Of a DNA stretch of 64,000 nt, positions 15,607-30,704 are shown piece by piece. The translations under genes were made by a program, and so were the position numbers. The stretch lies in NCBI GenBank assembly GCA_951406725.2, contig OX597828.1, forward strand, positions 8,370,001 to 8,434,000, read 5' to 3'. Within the stretch, counting starts at the first letter, position 1. Every line of letters begins with the position of its first letter. The notes beneath the pieces were generated by a model. That model had not been told where the DNA came from, did no database searches, and was given only the letters and a program-made list of their open reading frames with translations. Source of the stretch: Octopus vulgaris. Lineage: Eukaryota.

Positions 15607-15660
15607 ATATATATATATATTATATATATATATATATAGATATATATATATATATATATA

Positions 15661-15832
15661 TAGAATGGTTGTATACTGTCAATCTAACTCGAACGTGACA
15701 TTAGGGGGGTACACCACCGCTGTATAGCCCTAGGAAACATCGACGCCTCCTGATGGCTTCCTAGGGCTATACAGTGGTGGTGTACCCCCTACTGTCACGT
15801 TCGTGTTAGATTGACAGTATACAACCATTCTA
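15661..15832. repeat. Long near-perfect hairpin (about 80 bp arms, 10 nt loop) in (TA)n
   Basis: TAGAATGGTTGTATACTGTCAATCTAAC...CCCTAGGAAACATC, loop GACGCCTCCT, then GATGGCTTCCTAGGG...GTTAGATTGACAGTATACAACCATTCTA. Confidence 0.92.
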
Positions 15833-15882
15833 TCGCCCCACCACCGTACATGTCTCTACGAGAGATTTAGAAATTTAGTATT

Positions 15883-15923
<41 letters not shown>

Positions 15924-15949
15924 GGTCTGAAAATTCCAACTTTACTTTG

Positions 15950-15988
<39 letters not shown>

Positions 15989-16339
15989 TATATAAAGAAA
16001 GTGAGGATATGCACAGGATTCTACATTATACCTCACTGTATTGGTTTGTTATGTGACTTGCGACTTGATCCACTTAAAGAGCCTTTTTGTGAGTAACACC
16101 GGATTAGTTAAATTCATTTATTGTGCATTCAACACAGACACACACAGGTACACCCTCACACACCCACTCAGAGAAGCACACAAATTTGCATGTATGTATG
16201 TATATGCCAGAAATCTTGATAAACACAAATATATATCTTTTCTTGTTTTTTTTTTTCTTTCCGAGAGCAATTGTGTGCTGGCACACAAGAAGTCATTAGG
16301 GAAGGATTCGATATTTTATTTCCTTGCATGGATGCATAC

Positions 16340-16428
16340 ATACATATATACATACACACATACATACATACATACATACATACATACATACATACATACA
16401 TACATACATACATACATACATACATACA
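16340..16428. repeat. (TACA)n tetranucleotide repeat
   Basis: Direct reading; similar tracts near 18896, 51935 and 54009. Confidence 0.93.
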
Positions 16429-16813
16429 TTCGTAAGTATTCACACTCACACACACACTGACACATACGTACACATATATAAATATTTATAGGTTTATAGG
16501 CATCTACTTTTGAAATTTTGCTAAATGGAGGAGCTGGTTTCAGTTTTATCCTAAGGAAAAGAATACTCTATCGGTGGTCTTTAGACAATAATGTTTATAT
16601 GAGCAATAGAAATGCCTACCAGCGGTTGAATATTCTTCTCACTTATTCAACACCCTTTTATCACGCACCAAGTGCGTGTTAAACGAACGCTTTCTTACAC
16701 CGAAAACACTAACGTTTCCATATTGTGACTAAGTGTTTTTATTAAAGTTGGCAAGTGCATCATTAATTATTGTCCGTCTGTATGAATATTTATGAATGAA
16801 TGAATATATGCAG

Positions 16814-16851
<38 letters not shown>

Positions 16852-19000
16852 CCTGATATATATATAAACTATATATATATATATATATCTATATATATAT
16901 ATATATATATATATCTATATATATATCAGGTTATATAGTTTTCACTTTTTATTTATTATAATATTCCAGTTAGATTGTACGTAACCATTTAACGATTCCC
17001 ATGTGTGCTCACTATTTTTAAGATTCTGAGATTCCATACCCAACTGAAATATCATATATCTGAATTCATTTTGGGGTCCCAATATTACAGTAACTCTAGA
17101 TATATTAATCTTAGATACGCTTCATGCCTTATCATTATATCCCAAATCTTTCTAAGTCTACTACTCCACAACCATGCTCATTGCATGTTGTTTTGACTGA
17201 ATCTATATCGCTGTATTGACATGCATGACGTTTCATAGAGACATTCCGCTTTAATATAGCAGAGAACCGGCAGAAAAAAATCCAAGTTCTCTATGGATGA
17301 GCAAGTGAGTTCATTATAAATTCAGTGTGGCGTGACACTAGCAATCTCAGAAAGCAATAGAGTTCTGTGATTTCTCTGTCATCTCATATAAATTTGCATT
17401 ATACATTCTATCTTCCTCTAGCGTCAGAGTCTCGAAAACGAAATCGAAAACGAAAGGAAAAGACATCACGAAAATTCCCAGAGAAATACAAGCCAAAATA
17501 AAACTGAAGTAATAACTCACGAAGGAATTATGGAAAATTTACGACAATAGATCTCTGAGGTCATTACAATGACTGCTTCGTATTTTTTTGTTTCTATTTT
17601 TTTTTCGTATTCAGTTAGAATGTATTTTTATATACTGTGCAACCGAACCAGTGGCAATGTTGATTGACAGTGAGAATGATGGAATATTATGACAGGTTAA
17701 AGAAAATATCAATAGACTCGATAATAAATTCCAAACCGTTACGGAAGGGGAAGTAGGGGCTACGCAGTCTTCATTTCAGGATTACGAATGCATTCCGAAA
17801 ATACAGTTTGACGCAGTGCTCCACAAAAAAAAAGAAAATATGGTGCAGTGTAGTAATATATCAAAATCTTCATCATCATCACCAATGTCATGATCAGTAT
17901 GACGCTGATTTACATCATCATGACCCGCATCGTAATCGAGATCACCAGAGCTATAAATATCATCGTCACTATTAAAACAACTACTAGGACTACCGCCATT
18001 ACACCAACATAACTACCACCACCACTAAAACCACCACCACCAATAACAACAACATTATTATCACCATAAGCATCGTCAACATCGCACTATTATCTCCAAC
18101 GTTGTCATTGTTATTTTCGTTTTTAGATTTGCCTTCAAATTCTTACTGTAAAAACTTTGGCCAAATTTGAAAGTTTACAACTCAAACTATTCCAGTAATT
18201 CTAACAATACATGTATACACGCATGCATTCGCGCATACATACGTACAACTGCACACACACACATACATAAGCGCAATTATACACTTGCGCGTATGTATTG
18301 AGAGCATTTTTTAGGTTCTGTCATAGGTTCTGGCGTATTCTACGCATCTTGACGTGGATGAAAAACCTGATACCGTCTAGAAAGATTGAAACAGTGGGTA
18401 TTCGGAGATACACTTAGACACGCTAATGCTAGACAGTTGTTCTGTAGTAAATATAGAGACATTTTCATTACTTGTATACAGCTGAGATAAATTCATTCTT
18501 TTCATTTATGTAACTTAAATATTGATCATAGTTATAAATAATTTCTAAGTAGATAAACGTCAAGATCTGAGCAATTAAAACGTGCATTACAAGGCCCGTT
18601 TTTTTTTCCATCGAGTTCGCACACATGTATTAAAATGTATTGGTTGTGCTAATTTCTATATAAAAGTCAAAGAGTGACTAATTTTGTATTACGTAGGTGT
18701 TAGCAAGATAATTTGAAATTTCAATGTCAGTACTATAGCTAAACAAATGAACCATTTTAGTAAATATAATATTTCAGTTATCAATGTATGCAGGAATTGT
18801 CTATTTCATACAAATACATACAAACATACATCATCATTATACATGCATACATACATAATACACATATATGCATACACATACATATATACATACATGCATA
18901 CATACATACATACATACATACATACATACATACATACATACATACATACATACATACATACATACATACATACGCACATACATACAAACATACAACACAC

Positions 19001-19056
<56 letters not shown>

Positions 19057-19060
<4 letters not shown>

Positions 19061-19221
19061 AGATCGTTAGCCACTACATACATTTTTCTTGTTTTTTCTG
19101 TGTCCCTTTCTGTAGAAGAGCGTAGGCTCGAAACGTAAAAGACTTTTTCTATTCCTGAGCGTTATAATATGTTTGTTTTGTACACCACCTGTCTTCGTCT
19201 TTTGTTTTTCTCGTAAACTAT

Positions 19222-19224
<3 letters not shown>
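19057..19224 (+). mobile_element. HHR-bearing short insertion in (TA)n (retrozyme or solo PLE terminal repeat, family 1)
   Basis: 168 bp island between two TA runs. Contains an HHR-like motif and the TTCCTGAGCG motif shared with the 38496, 41803 and 52317 copies. Confidence 0.7.
19106..19141 (+). ncRNA. Minimal type I hammerhead ribozyme motif (variant core)
   Basis: cttt-CTGTAGA-A-GAGC(gtag)GCTC-GAAA-CG-TA-aaag. Stem I cttt/aaag, stem II GAGC/GCTC, palindromic ACGT stem III. A6 is replaced by U and there is an extra A after A9. Confidence 0.65.
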
Positions 19225-19286
<62 letters not shown>

Positions 19287-19518
19287 CATGCATACATACA
19301 CATATTTTCCTGTACAAATGAATTAGTAGCTTGGACGAGACAATGCGTATTGACAGTATGTTGCATAAGTGCAAACTAGTACCAAAGCATACTGTGGAAA
19401 ACCAAAGACACTAGGTTTTAAATTTTGCAGAATATTGTGTATGGTTAGGATTCCTGGTTTTCACCCAGGTAGTGAGGGCTTGATTCAGCATGGGAATACG
19501 TTTTTTTAGGTGCCCTCT

Positions 19519-19897
19519 TGGCTGTGTGGTCAGAAGCTTGCTTTCCAGGTTCAGTTCCACTGCGTGGTGTCTTCGGTGAGCGTCCTGTACAATAGCATCG
19601 GACCGACCAAAGCCTTGTAAGTGGATTTGGTAGACGGAAACTGGAAGAAGACCGTCGTATTTATGTATATATATATATGTGTGTATGAGTTTCTGTGTAT
19701 CTTCGTCTCCCACCATCACTTGACAGCCGATGTTGGTGTGTTTACATCCTCATAACTTTGAGTTTCGGCGGGAAAGATTGATACTATAAGTACGAGGTTA
19801 CGAAGAATAAGTCATGGTGTCGATTTCTTCGACTAAATACCCATTAAGGCGGTTCTCCACCATGGCCGCAGTCAGATGGCTGAGACACGTAAAAGAA
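19519..19897 (+). mobile_element. SINE family A copy (tRNA-derived, internal microsatellite)
   Basis: TGGCTGTGTGGT A box, GGTTCAGTTCCACTGCGTGG B box, GTGGATTTGGTAGACGGAAACTG core, CATGGCCGCAGTCAGATGGCTGAGAC tail. Confidence 0.88.
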
Positions 19898-20347
19898 TGT
19901 TTCCATCTTTACCCGAGGAAAATTATTTGTATCATTATCCTTACAGATGTTATGCATTTTTAGCGTATATTGTAGCAGCACGCAAATCATTATCTAGAAT
20001 ATCAAGTTGGATGTTCTTTTTGTTGGACAAAGCAACAGTATTGTAGCATCAATTCATACAGGACCAAATTTAAGTAGCATTCTCTTAATTTCCTTCACGG
20101 GAAACCAAAGAAACGCTGGAGTAATTTAAAATTGATGAAGACTGAAATGGATGTACTTTCTCATGTACAGAATGTGGACATGGATTTGAAGAAGTGTTTT
20201 GTAATCCATAGCCATGTAGCAATATTTATCGATACCCTGTCTTTTTCATCTATTACCACACAACATATCCGCCTCACTGTAGTATTAGGGGACACTAGAA
20301 TAGAGGAAATATCTAACATCCAAAAATATTTACAGTATGACGTAAGG

Positions 20348-20565
20348 TACTCTTTTACTTGTTTCAGTCATTTGCTGGAGCACCGTCTTTAGTCGAGTGA
20401 ACAAATCGACCCCAGGACTCATTCTTTGTAAGCCTAGTACTTATTCTATCGGTCTCTTTTGCCGAACCGCTAAGTTACGGGGACGTAAACATACCAGCAT
20501 CGGTTGTCAAGCGATGTTGGGGTACAAACACACACACAAATACATACATACATAAATATATACAA

Positions 20566-20599
<34 letters not shown>

Positions 20600-20757
20600 G
20601 ATGGGCTTCTTTCAGTCTTCGTCTACCAAATCCACTCACAAGGATTTGGTCGGCCCGTGGCTATAGTGGAAGACACTTGCCCAAGGTGCCACGCAGTGGG
20701 ACTGAACCCGGAACCATGTGGTTCATAAGCAAGCTACTTACAACACAGCCACTCCTA
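20348..20757 (-). mobile_element. SINE family A copy
   Basis: Reverse complement aligns end to end with 53193-53602. Confidence 0.92.
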
Positions 20758-22129
20758 CACCTACGAGAATAATAGCATTCGAATCTTCTGGTAGATAGAT
20801 GTTGTAGATTAGTTGCTGCCAATTTGTTGAGGCAGTTGCTTATATCAAACGGAAAAGGAGTTGCTACATATTTGGTCCAAGAAACAGACCATATGCTGGC
20901 AGCATTAAAAAGAAAAAAAAAGCTACCCATAACTGGAGAGAGGAGAGAAACTTTCGGAAGATTCTTCAAACATTGCGATTATTTATCGATAGTTCATGAA
21001 AACGGCCTAAGTATAATTATGTCCTTGATATACATAGTAATACAAACACACTCACGCATATACACAATAAATGCTCTCACCAACTCGCACACAATACACA
21101 GAAGCATGGATAGGTAAAATGTGCCCGCTATTGAATAATATAACTAATCGTATTTATCTCTGTGCGAGAGCGTGTCCGTATGTGGACTTGTTTTTCCTTT
21201 GTGAGTGTGTCTATATATGCGCGAATGAATGAATGTAAACAAAAATATTTTAGACGAAAACCATGGTGCAAGCAAATTAAACAATGAAACGAAGAAAGCC
21301 TGGAAACATAGAAAATAAAGCAAGAAGGCAAAAACAATGACACGTACAGCCAACCAAACATTCGAAAACTGAAATCGAACACATAACAGAAGAACAAAAA
21401 CAATAATAATAAAAATAATAAAAGCCGAAATTCATAAAAAGCAACATATATAAGAATAGAATGACAAAGAGAATGGAAGAGAAAAGGGGAGATGGAAAAA
21501 GAGGTGAGAGGGAAAGGAAAAAGAGAGAGAAAGAAAAACGTTGTAATTTTTGATTTAGAATTGGATTCTTCACAGACAAAACTTATTATCTAAGTGAGAG
21601 GAAGACGAAGAAACAAACATCATCTAATCCCCCTCGCCACAACACAGTCAGACATCCATGTCTATATATTCAAAGACTCATGCAAATTCATTAAAAATAA
21701 ATAAAATATCAATGAATACACAAATCGATAACAAAGACTAGTAAATGGAGAAAAAGAACAAACAAAAAATGAAATACAATAAAAAAAAGAAAGAAAATAC
21801 ACAAGGAAGCAGGAAAAACAAACAGACAAATATAGATACACAAAAGCAACTAAAGCATGTCAAAGGTTAAGCATTTAGGGAGCATTTATTTACAAGTACG
21901 AGAAACTCGGTGAGAACGATTTAACCTTTGACCTTACTGTTTGTTGAAGCGCATGCGTGTATAACAGAGATTCAGTAGTGGCGCTTTTTTTATGTGTATC
22001 TGCGTAGGTGCATGTAAATGTGCACGTGCATACATATATTTATAATCACGCAAATATATATTTATGCTATGCACATATCGAATTATATATTGGTGCATCT
22101 GCACACGCAAGCACACACAGACATATATG

Positions 22130-22263
22130 CTTGTGCGTATGTATGTATATGTATGTTATACAAATATATGTATGTATATATATATATATCTACATATGTA
22201 GATATACATATATATATGAATATATATATGTATATATATATATATACATGTATATATACATAT

Positions 22264-22345
<82 letters not shown>

Positions 22346-22836
22346 TATATTTATATACATATATATATATATACATACATACATACATATACGAACAAAC
22401 TCACAGACATATTTCTTTATACGTATATATATGCATGTGTGTATGTGATATACACAAACACGTAATTATATAAATTACAATTTGCATGGCATACAGACAC
22501 ACACACGCGCACACACACATAAACACTTACACAAACACTATTTTGTGCTGTTCGATATATGCACTAGACTGTAGCATTATATCGATCGTCAATCGTCAAT
22601 TTACCTCTTTAATGTTTCTCTGCATTCGGAGCTCTATCTAACAACTCACCAACTCCACAGATACATCAACAACCTTCCTTCCATCGGTCTCTTCCTATTT
22701 TTCGTAGGTCCCATTCACCAAATTTCTTTTTCTTTATATCTGCATGTTCATCATGATATATACATATATAAATAAATATATATATATATATATATAGTTA
22801 TGTATACATATATGTATGTATATATGTATATATATA

Positions 22837-22912
<76 letters not shown>

Positions 22913-23110
22913 TACATTCATATATGTATACATAAAATATATACATGTATATATATATATATATATATAATATATATACATATATATATATACATATATA
23001 CATACACACACGTCCATTCATATATGTATGTATGTGTGTGTATGTATGTATGTATGTATTCATATATATATATGCTCTTCATATGCAAATGCATATGTAT
23101 AAGTATGTAC
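22130..23110. repeat. Compound (TA)/(CA)/(TG) microsatellite region
   Basis: Direct reading; source of the YI/CV-rich spurious ORFs. Confidence 0.9.
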
Positions 23111-23613
23111 GTGCATATCTTTCCGTGCTGGTGTAGATGGGCGTGTTCATGTTGGCTCATGAGCGCTTTCCAGTCGGAAGCGTGCGGCTGTTTTCATATA
23201 TGCATTTGCCTACATTTATGAGCATAAATGCCTTTGCGAGTGCATGTGTTTGTGCATACATGTGTGGATATGTTTCTACTTTTGCTTGGAGAAGTAGTGT
23301 ACTCATTCAAACAGTATTTCCCTCCAAAAAGCCACCATAATCCCAACAAACTCATTTATATTACATTCTCCTGACAAACAAAAATTTCACTAGGTAGGCC
23401 GCCTGTCTATCACATGTTTCCCTAAGATTTATTGGGTATATTCTCCTTTACATGAAAACGCACACGCATACACATGCTCACACACAGACACACACATTTC
23501 TGATGGAATGCAATATGCAGAGACAATGATAAAAAATTCAATAACTTCGTGAAAAATAGGGATGCTATTATGCACGATACCGGCCATGAGATTATACCGA
23601 TTCATGCTATGGA

Positions 23614-23648
<35 letters not shown>

Positions 23649-24701
23649 AGTGTGTGTGTGTGCGTGTGTGTGTGTGCGTGTGTGTGTTTGTGTGTAATTT
23701 ATTTAAAGCTCACAATGCATGTATTAAAGCGCTATGTACACACACTCACACACACATATATATGTTTATATATGTATATATATATGTCATACATATATAT
23801 ACATACGCGCACACACATGTACACACACACATATCTATGTATATATGTATATTACATGAATATATATGTTCGTATGTTGTTATGTATTTGCCAATATCTC
23901 CCTGTATATATGTATGTATATACGTACGTATGTATGTATGTGCGAGTATACATAATATAAATTTATATTACACAAAGCGAAAAGAAGCTTGCACATAGGA
24001 ACATATATTTACAAATAAATATGTACGTAGTTATGTTAGTATTTGTGTATATATGACATCCATTGAATGTGTTTGTATGTATGTGTGTGTGTATGTTTGT
24101 GCGTGTGTGTATGTGCTTGTGTCTCTTCATGAACGGCTATCTGTATATTTGCTAATTTTTATATATGTGCGTGAGGGGTCGTCAATATTTACTTTGATTT
24201 TTATATTTAGGTCTCTGTGTCTTAATGCATATATTGAGTAACGCAGAAAAAAAATTTATCTTCCGATAATCTTATATGTAATCATTTAAATCTTTTGTAT
24301 GTTATTTAAAGGGCCATGTCCATCCCAGCAGAAAGTAAAGTTACGATAAGTTCAATAGAATCACGGTAAAAATAAATATATCTAAAATAATATTTGAAGA
24401 ACAAAGAATATACACATTTCAGAGAGAAAATAAGGCCGCATATAATTTGGGGAGAAAACGTTGTGGACTGTATCTCCGTCGCATTTATCATGACTTTCTA
24501 TCTCTATCTCCCCCTCCTTTTGATTTTCTTTTTACTTTCGATCTATCTGTCTATCAACTACCTACAATCTGCAAAACCCAGGCACAAACGCGCGCACACA
24601 CGCACACAGTCATACACATACATAACCACAGATATATGTATCTATATCAATTTACACAGTCATCGTAATTGTTATAATGTCTTGTTCTTGAGATAGGGTC
24701 T

Positions 24702-24794
24702 CTTTCTGTCCTGATGAGAAGATTGCATTTTACACCGTTTATTCCTTTGGAATAAAACCAATGTTGTCTTCGAAACATATGTCTAAAGTAAAAG
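24702..24794 (+). ncRNA. Type I hammerhead ribozyme motif with long stem II (family 2)
   Basis: CTGATGA (24711-17), GAAGA/TCTTC stem II enclosing an inner TTTATTCC/GGAATAAA hairpin, GAAA (24772-75), palindromic CATATG, TC cleavage site. Stem I is eroded. A (TA)n tract starts about 56 nt downstream. Confidence 0.75.
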
Positions 24795-24833
24795 AATTTG
24801 AATAGCATCTGCGTTCAACTCCATTTATTTACT

Positions 24834-24926
<93 letters not shown>

Positions 24927-25016
24927 TGTGTGCGTGTGTGTATATGTATATATATATATATATATATATTTTCGTATATTTCGGGTATATATTTAGATAT
25001 TTCCCTATATGAATAG

Positions 25017-25445
25017 ACTGTTTTTTTTTCGATCATTTGGTTGTGGCCGAACTGCAGCACTTCCTTGGAGGATTTTAGTCGAAAGAATTGACACCAGCAC
25101 ATATTTTTCAAGCCTAGTAATGATTCTATCGTACTCTTTGCCAAACTGCTAAATTACGGTGGCGGAAATACATCAACACCGGATTTCAGTCGCTGATGGG
25201 GGAACAATCATAGTCACACACACAGATACATCGATATATACACACTACACACAAACGCTCACACACTACACACACACAAGCACACAAACAAGCAAATAGC
25301 ACGGGCTTCGTTTAGTTTCCGTTTACTATATCCACTAACAAGACTTTGATCCGCACGTGGATACATTGGAAGACACTAATCGAAGGTACCACGCAGTGGG
25401 ACTTCACCTGAAACCATGTGATTTGGAAGCAAATTTGTTACCACA
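25017..25445 (-). mobile_element. SINE family A copy (old)
   Basis: CCACGCAGTGGGACTTCACCTGAAACCATGTG head region and AAGCCTAGTAATGATTCTATCG..TTTGCCAAACTGCTAAATTACG body. Confidence 0.8.
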
Positions 25446-25693
25446 TATGCGCGTCCTCGCGCACACACACGCACAATCGTAATAAGTTGAGTTTCCATTG
25501 TTACGTGATGGTAAGATCAACAAAAAAGTGATGCATCGGTGAGACATAAATATTATGTGATAGGCACAATACATGTTTTTATGTGCTATTAATAGTTTCA
25601 TATCTTGAGCAATATCTCAGAAATAATCACCAGGCACAAACCACATATATTGTGTTTAATATACGTGTACGTGTCTGTGTGTGTGTGTGTTTA

Positions 25694-25752
<59 letters not shown>

Positions 25753-25866
25753 ATGTATATATCTATCTACCTATCAATCTATAAGTACATGTATATATGT
25801 ATACCCACACATATACATGTATATATATACATATATACATATATACATATACGCACGCACACACAC

Positions 25867-25922
<56 letters not shown>

Positions 25923-28900
25923 ACATATATATATATACATGTACGCACATAGTTGTACGGAGATATATTTAAGAATATGTATACATGTGTGCGTGTATGT
26001 GTACGTGTGTGCCTGTGTGTACGTGAGCGTGTGTATATATATTTCTACATATGAATATAATAAGCAAATAATGCATGTGCCCCTCGCAAAACAATACACT
26101 GCAGCCCATATCATTTTCATTCACAGCGTGAACTATTCTGGGAATGCAACTTTTCCGAGCAAAGTGTTTGGAGATACGATGAGTTTTCCAGTGTGATATT
26201 TCTCTCACACAACCCACTTTCTACACGAATGTTTTTGAACGCTGTTATTACATTTCTCCCTTTGTGGGACTCGTCGAATTATTTGTTTAATACAATTCTT
26301 CCGAATTATTTGTTTAATACAGTAACATGGAAATTTAATCTCATTTTATTTAACTCCTTTTCTTTAACTTGGTACAATTTATGCTATTCTCAACCTTTCT
26401 TCCATTGTTGGATTCTCTCTCGAAAATGGCGATCAATATCCCTAACCGAGTGATGCTATATTTTGCCTAACAATGTGTGTTTGGCTATAAATGCATTTCA
26501 GTTGAAATAAACCTTCTTTACCTGTAAATACAGTGATCTAGAATATATGGTTCCGAAATTATAATTACTATTAACGGTTTGTTATCATTTGCGGATATTA
26601 TCTAGGTCATTGCATTAATCACAGGATAATACTAAGCGATTCAGTTCACCCGATTGTTGGTTATATGTAACAAAACTTCTAGCAATGTATCTTTTAAAAT
26701 TCACTTCTAATACAGGATATAGTTTATCTTTTACTTGCCAAATTAATTCGATTAGTACTGGAGATGGGCAGCAACATTTTCCCCTAAAGTGAATAATTAT
26801 ACCTACCTTCTTTCGTGTTATTTATGAGGAAAGGATTTGCTACTTCAAAGCGTGTACCTTATCAGTTCACTGCTACTATGAAAAAGCTATCGGTTGTTTC
26901 TATATATAAACGGATAATATGTATGTAAATGTATGTATGTATGTACGTACAAATGTAAGCCGGTCAGGAGTATTCAGTAGAGTATTCAATAGCTGAATTC
27001 GGAGTCAGAAGGATAATTTACAAATTATTGCCTTTATGTATTTTGATATTGAAGGCTAGCTTTAAACATACAGCTTCTATCTTCATACGTCAACTAAATC
27101 AACGATTTTATTTCTTCGTTAGTTCACGAGAACGAGAACCCAGATCTCAAATGCACACACGACACCCAAATTTCTGAAAATAGAAACGACGCATACGGCT
27201 AGAATTAGGTAATCTGCTGACAGAACGCATGTGGCTTTTGACGCTATGCCATTAAATGACTGCTTTCTTGTGGCACAACTCTGTTGGCTATGGAGTATCA
27301 TATTTCTTCCAAAATTTTCGAATATTAAAAAAACAATACAAATAAAAAACAAACCCCAAAAAAGGCAATGGTAATAAGTTCAGTTTCCATTTTTAAAATT
27401 TCATACTTTGATATCTATAATTACATCTTCGCAATAAATGTAATTGCATATTTTCGTAGTTAATAAAATTTCTTTAATGCAGAGTAATGAGATTGCATTT
27501 TATTCAATATGGCTTCTAAATGCAAGAACTACTATCGCCTCTGTATTGAACAATGTAGTTGATGAATTACAATACGGAAATGAGGATCGCCAGATTTGTA
27601 ATGTAAGCACCATATGATCCGCTTCCTGTCTAAATAACATAGGTGAACGGATATACATATATGGGTTATAAATATGTTGCGAATAATCATATCGGTACAA
27701 GCTTTACGTTTTATTGTTGTTAGGTTGTAAAGGGTATTTAGTAGAAACTGAACTTATATTATCGCCTATTCACAGACATTTTCTTTCTTAAAATGTGTCG
27801 ATGTAAAATCTCGCTGGTGTAGCATTTCAAAAGTAATGAATGAATATAAATTATTGTAAAATGATATAACTTTAAATCTGATGAGAGATTATCTTTAGTT
27901 AACACAGGTAACTGAATAACTAAATATCTATTTCTTTCCCTCTCTATTATTCTCTCTATATATTTCTCTCTCTCTCTCTCGCTCATCATATACATATGTT
28001 TGAGCGAGTGTTGTCTAACGTGCCAGTAAAAAAAATCACTCGTATGTTAGGTAACAAATTGGTTATATTCATTAAACAATATTATAAATTTATTCTTTGG
28101 CCAGTCGAAAACATCTGTGTTAGAGAACCTCCCAAGTGTTCGAAGGAAAATCAACAATTGTCATAAACAAATTTCCGGTAAAGTATATTCTGTTCGATTC
28201 ATCGATATCTGATGACTGATTTTCCCTTCCCACACATGGTAGGTTCTTTAACACGAAACCGTTCGATAACGGAAATCTGTTGTAAGGAGGGCATCATTTA
28301 TATTACTGTATAAATCACCGGTAATATAATCTTCCCCAATCGCATGCATTCCTTAATATTATCCAAAGTTGCATTTTGTGTTTTTAAAAGCAGTGTCCAG
28401 ATCATTATAGAAGCTTGAAAACATCAGAATTGATTTCAGTGCACGCAGCACATATTTTGATCTCATTCTTTGATTCGGTTCATCTTTGGTAACCAATGAG
28501 GGTAATCGCTTTTTGCTAATTAGGTGATTAGGTTGTATGTTACAGTAATTTGCTTAATCTATGTCACAATACCGTAAATACTCTGAGGAAGAAGAGCTAT
28601 CGTTACACGGTGGGATTATTTGTGTAGCGCTGTATGATTTCAGAAACGATTACACCTGGACAATGTATCAATACTTTTCCTTTAATGTGAACATGTGGCG
28701 ATATAATATGCCCTACTAGTGGGTGTGTATCAATGCATTGGCGTATATATATATATGTGTGTGTTGAAGCATGCGTTTTTTCATAAGGTTCTTGATATGA
28801 AACCTGTATGTCTATTATATATATATATATATATAGTCACTGTTGTGTTTTGGGTGGGTAAATCTACCGGAGATTTATAGGATATGTTACACATGAGTTA

Positions 28901-28941
28901 CTGAAACAACTTTGTGAAGCAATTAGTATTAATTATTGGCA

Positions 28942-29162
28942 AAGGCGGGGAGCTGGCAGAAACGTTCGCTCGTCGGGCATAATGTTTAGCGGTATTTCGT
29001 CTGTCTTTTTGTTCTGAGTTCAAAGTCTGCTGAGGTCGACTTTGCTTTTCATCCTTTCGGTGTGGACTAGTTAAGTACCAGCTGCATACTGAGGTCTATC
29101 TAATCGACTGGGCCTCCCCGCTCCCCCAAAATTTCGGGCCTTGTGCTTAGAGTAGAAAAGAA
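28942..29162 (+). mobile_element. SINE family B copy with 15 bp target-site duplication
   Basis: AAGGCGGGGAGCTGGCAGAAACGTT head; TSD TATTAATTATTGGCA at 28927-28941 and 29163-29177. Confidence 0.92.
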
Positions 29163-30601
29163 TATTAATTATTGGCAGAATGCAAATGAGTCAAAACAAT
29201 ACACTAACAAACACATACACACACATACATATATAATCAAATTAAATATTCTCAGTAAAGGACTATATATTTCAAAATGTAGGAGTATATTTATTCAATT
29301 GTAAATCGATAGTTATTTCAATTTATTTTACTATTTTCAGTGGTTATACTGATATTAAAAAGATATTACATAATATCTATATAAATCTAATTATTAAAAA
29401 AATTCAACGAAAAGATAACTTTAAAAAAACCTTCCCTTGAGAGATAATGTGAATCACTTATGCATAACGGATTTCCAAATTTTTTTAACCAAGTATAATT
29501 TTATAGCATGATTTGAATATCTATTGAAAATGTAATAGGACAATATTTTTTGTAAAAGATAACGATAGAAGAAAGAGAAGGAAAGATAAAGACAGCAAAC
29601 TATAGAATGGTGTGGAAAGACATAGATAAAGCTCTAAGATCTCACATATCAAATAACATAGTGGATGAATTCTTTATTTATTGGAGCAGAACAATCCCAT
29701 GGTGGCCAGTGGTATTCTTCTGCAAATGGGAATGAGAGATTATCGCCAGAATCAAGAGTTTTCCCTAAATTGACATGACATTTAAGAAACGATGTTGGGT
29801 TTATCACAATTTTTCATAAGAAATCTGTATCAATTGCATTTAAGTTAAAGGTCAACCGTCACAGGAAGCGAAGGTAATTTCCTTAAACCAAGAAGTTATA
29901 TTGTATGCCATTTGTATTCTATATTCACATTTTTTTCTTTCAAATACAAGCTACCAGCAGCCGTCTCAAGTTATTTGTCTTATCTCATATTTGATTTATT
30001 TGTACAAATCAACAATATCATAAACATGCTCCACTTTTTTTCCCTTTTTATATGTAAGTGTTTCGTCTGCCTGATAAACGGTGATGCGGTAGAGTAAATG
30101 TTATAATGCTGCTGCTCGTTGGAGCGAAAACACAAACCAACAGCTGCTCTCATTTCTTCAGACGATGGTAATGAAATTATCCCAATTCTCATTTCGAGTT
30201 GGTACAAGTTTCCCCACCTCCAACCCTTTAGTGATTGCTCTTTCCTTTTATTCGTTCTGATTGCTGAGATAATTTTAATAAACTAAAAATTTATCTTGTA
30301 TAATATGTAAAATAAGCTTATTCATTTCTCTAAATTAAGTCTTCTTTTATGTAGTTAACAATTTAAGTGACTAATACATCTATAATATTGATTTATATTG
30401 CCAGCATATATAAGATATAAGATATATAAGACATAATGCGTAACTATTATAAATCAGTGGTTTCATTGTCGATACGTTTCTTAAATGAAAAGACATCACA
30501 TTAAGACGTAATTTCATTTCTATCCTAATTGATATTAAAGCAATTTGTACCTTTATATGCCTGGTCAAGTTTAACCAACGTAGCTCTATCTACTAATTTA
30601 G

Positions 30602-30636
<35 letters not shown>

Positions 30637-30649
30637 CTCACACACACAC

Positions 30650-30704
<55 letters not shown>

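Noticed and set aside
15730-15770. GAAAC...CTGATGG at the hairpin centre as a type II hammerhead
   Set aside because: A9 is missing, there is no stem I or III, and GGAAACATC is simply the inverted counterpart of GATGGCTTCC.
16848-16935. ATAACCTGATATA / TATATCAGGTTAT inverted pair inside a TA tract
   Set aside because: Short; probably a local fold-back or assembly artefact in self-complementary TA DNA.
26150-26700. Possible piggyBac transposase remnant (RNITLEN) and a local 27 bp duplication
   Set aside because: Single weak motif; no TIR or TTAA support.
28205-28270. CTGATGA..GAAACCG (also 5213 and 13011)
   Set aside because: No stem I or stem II complementarity.
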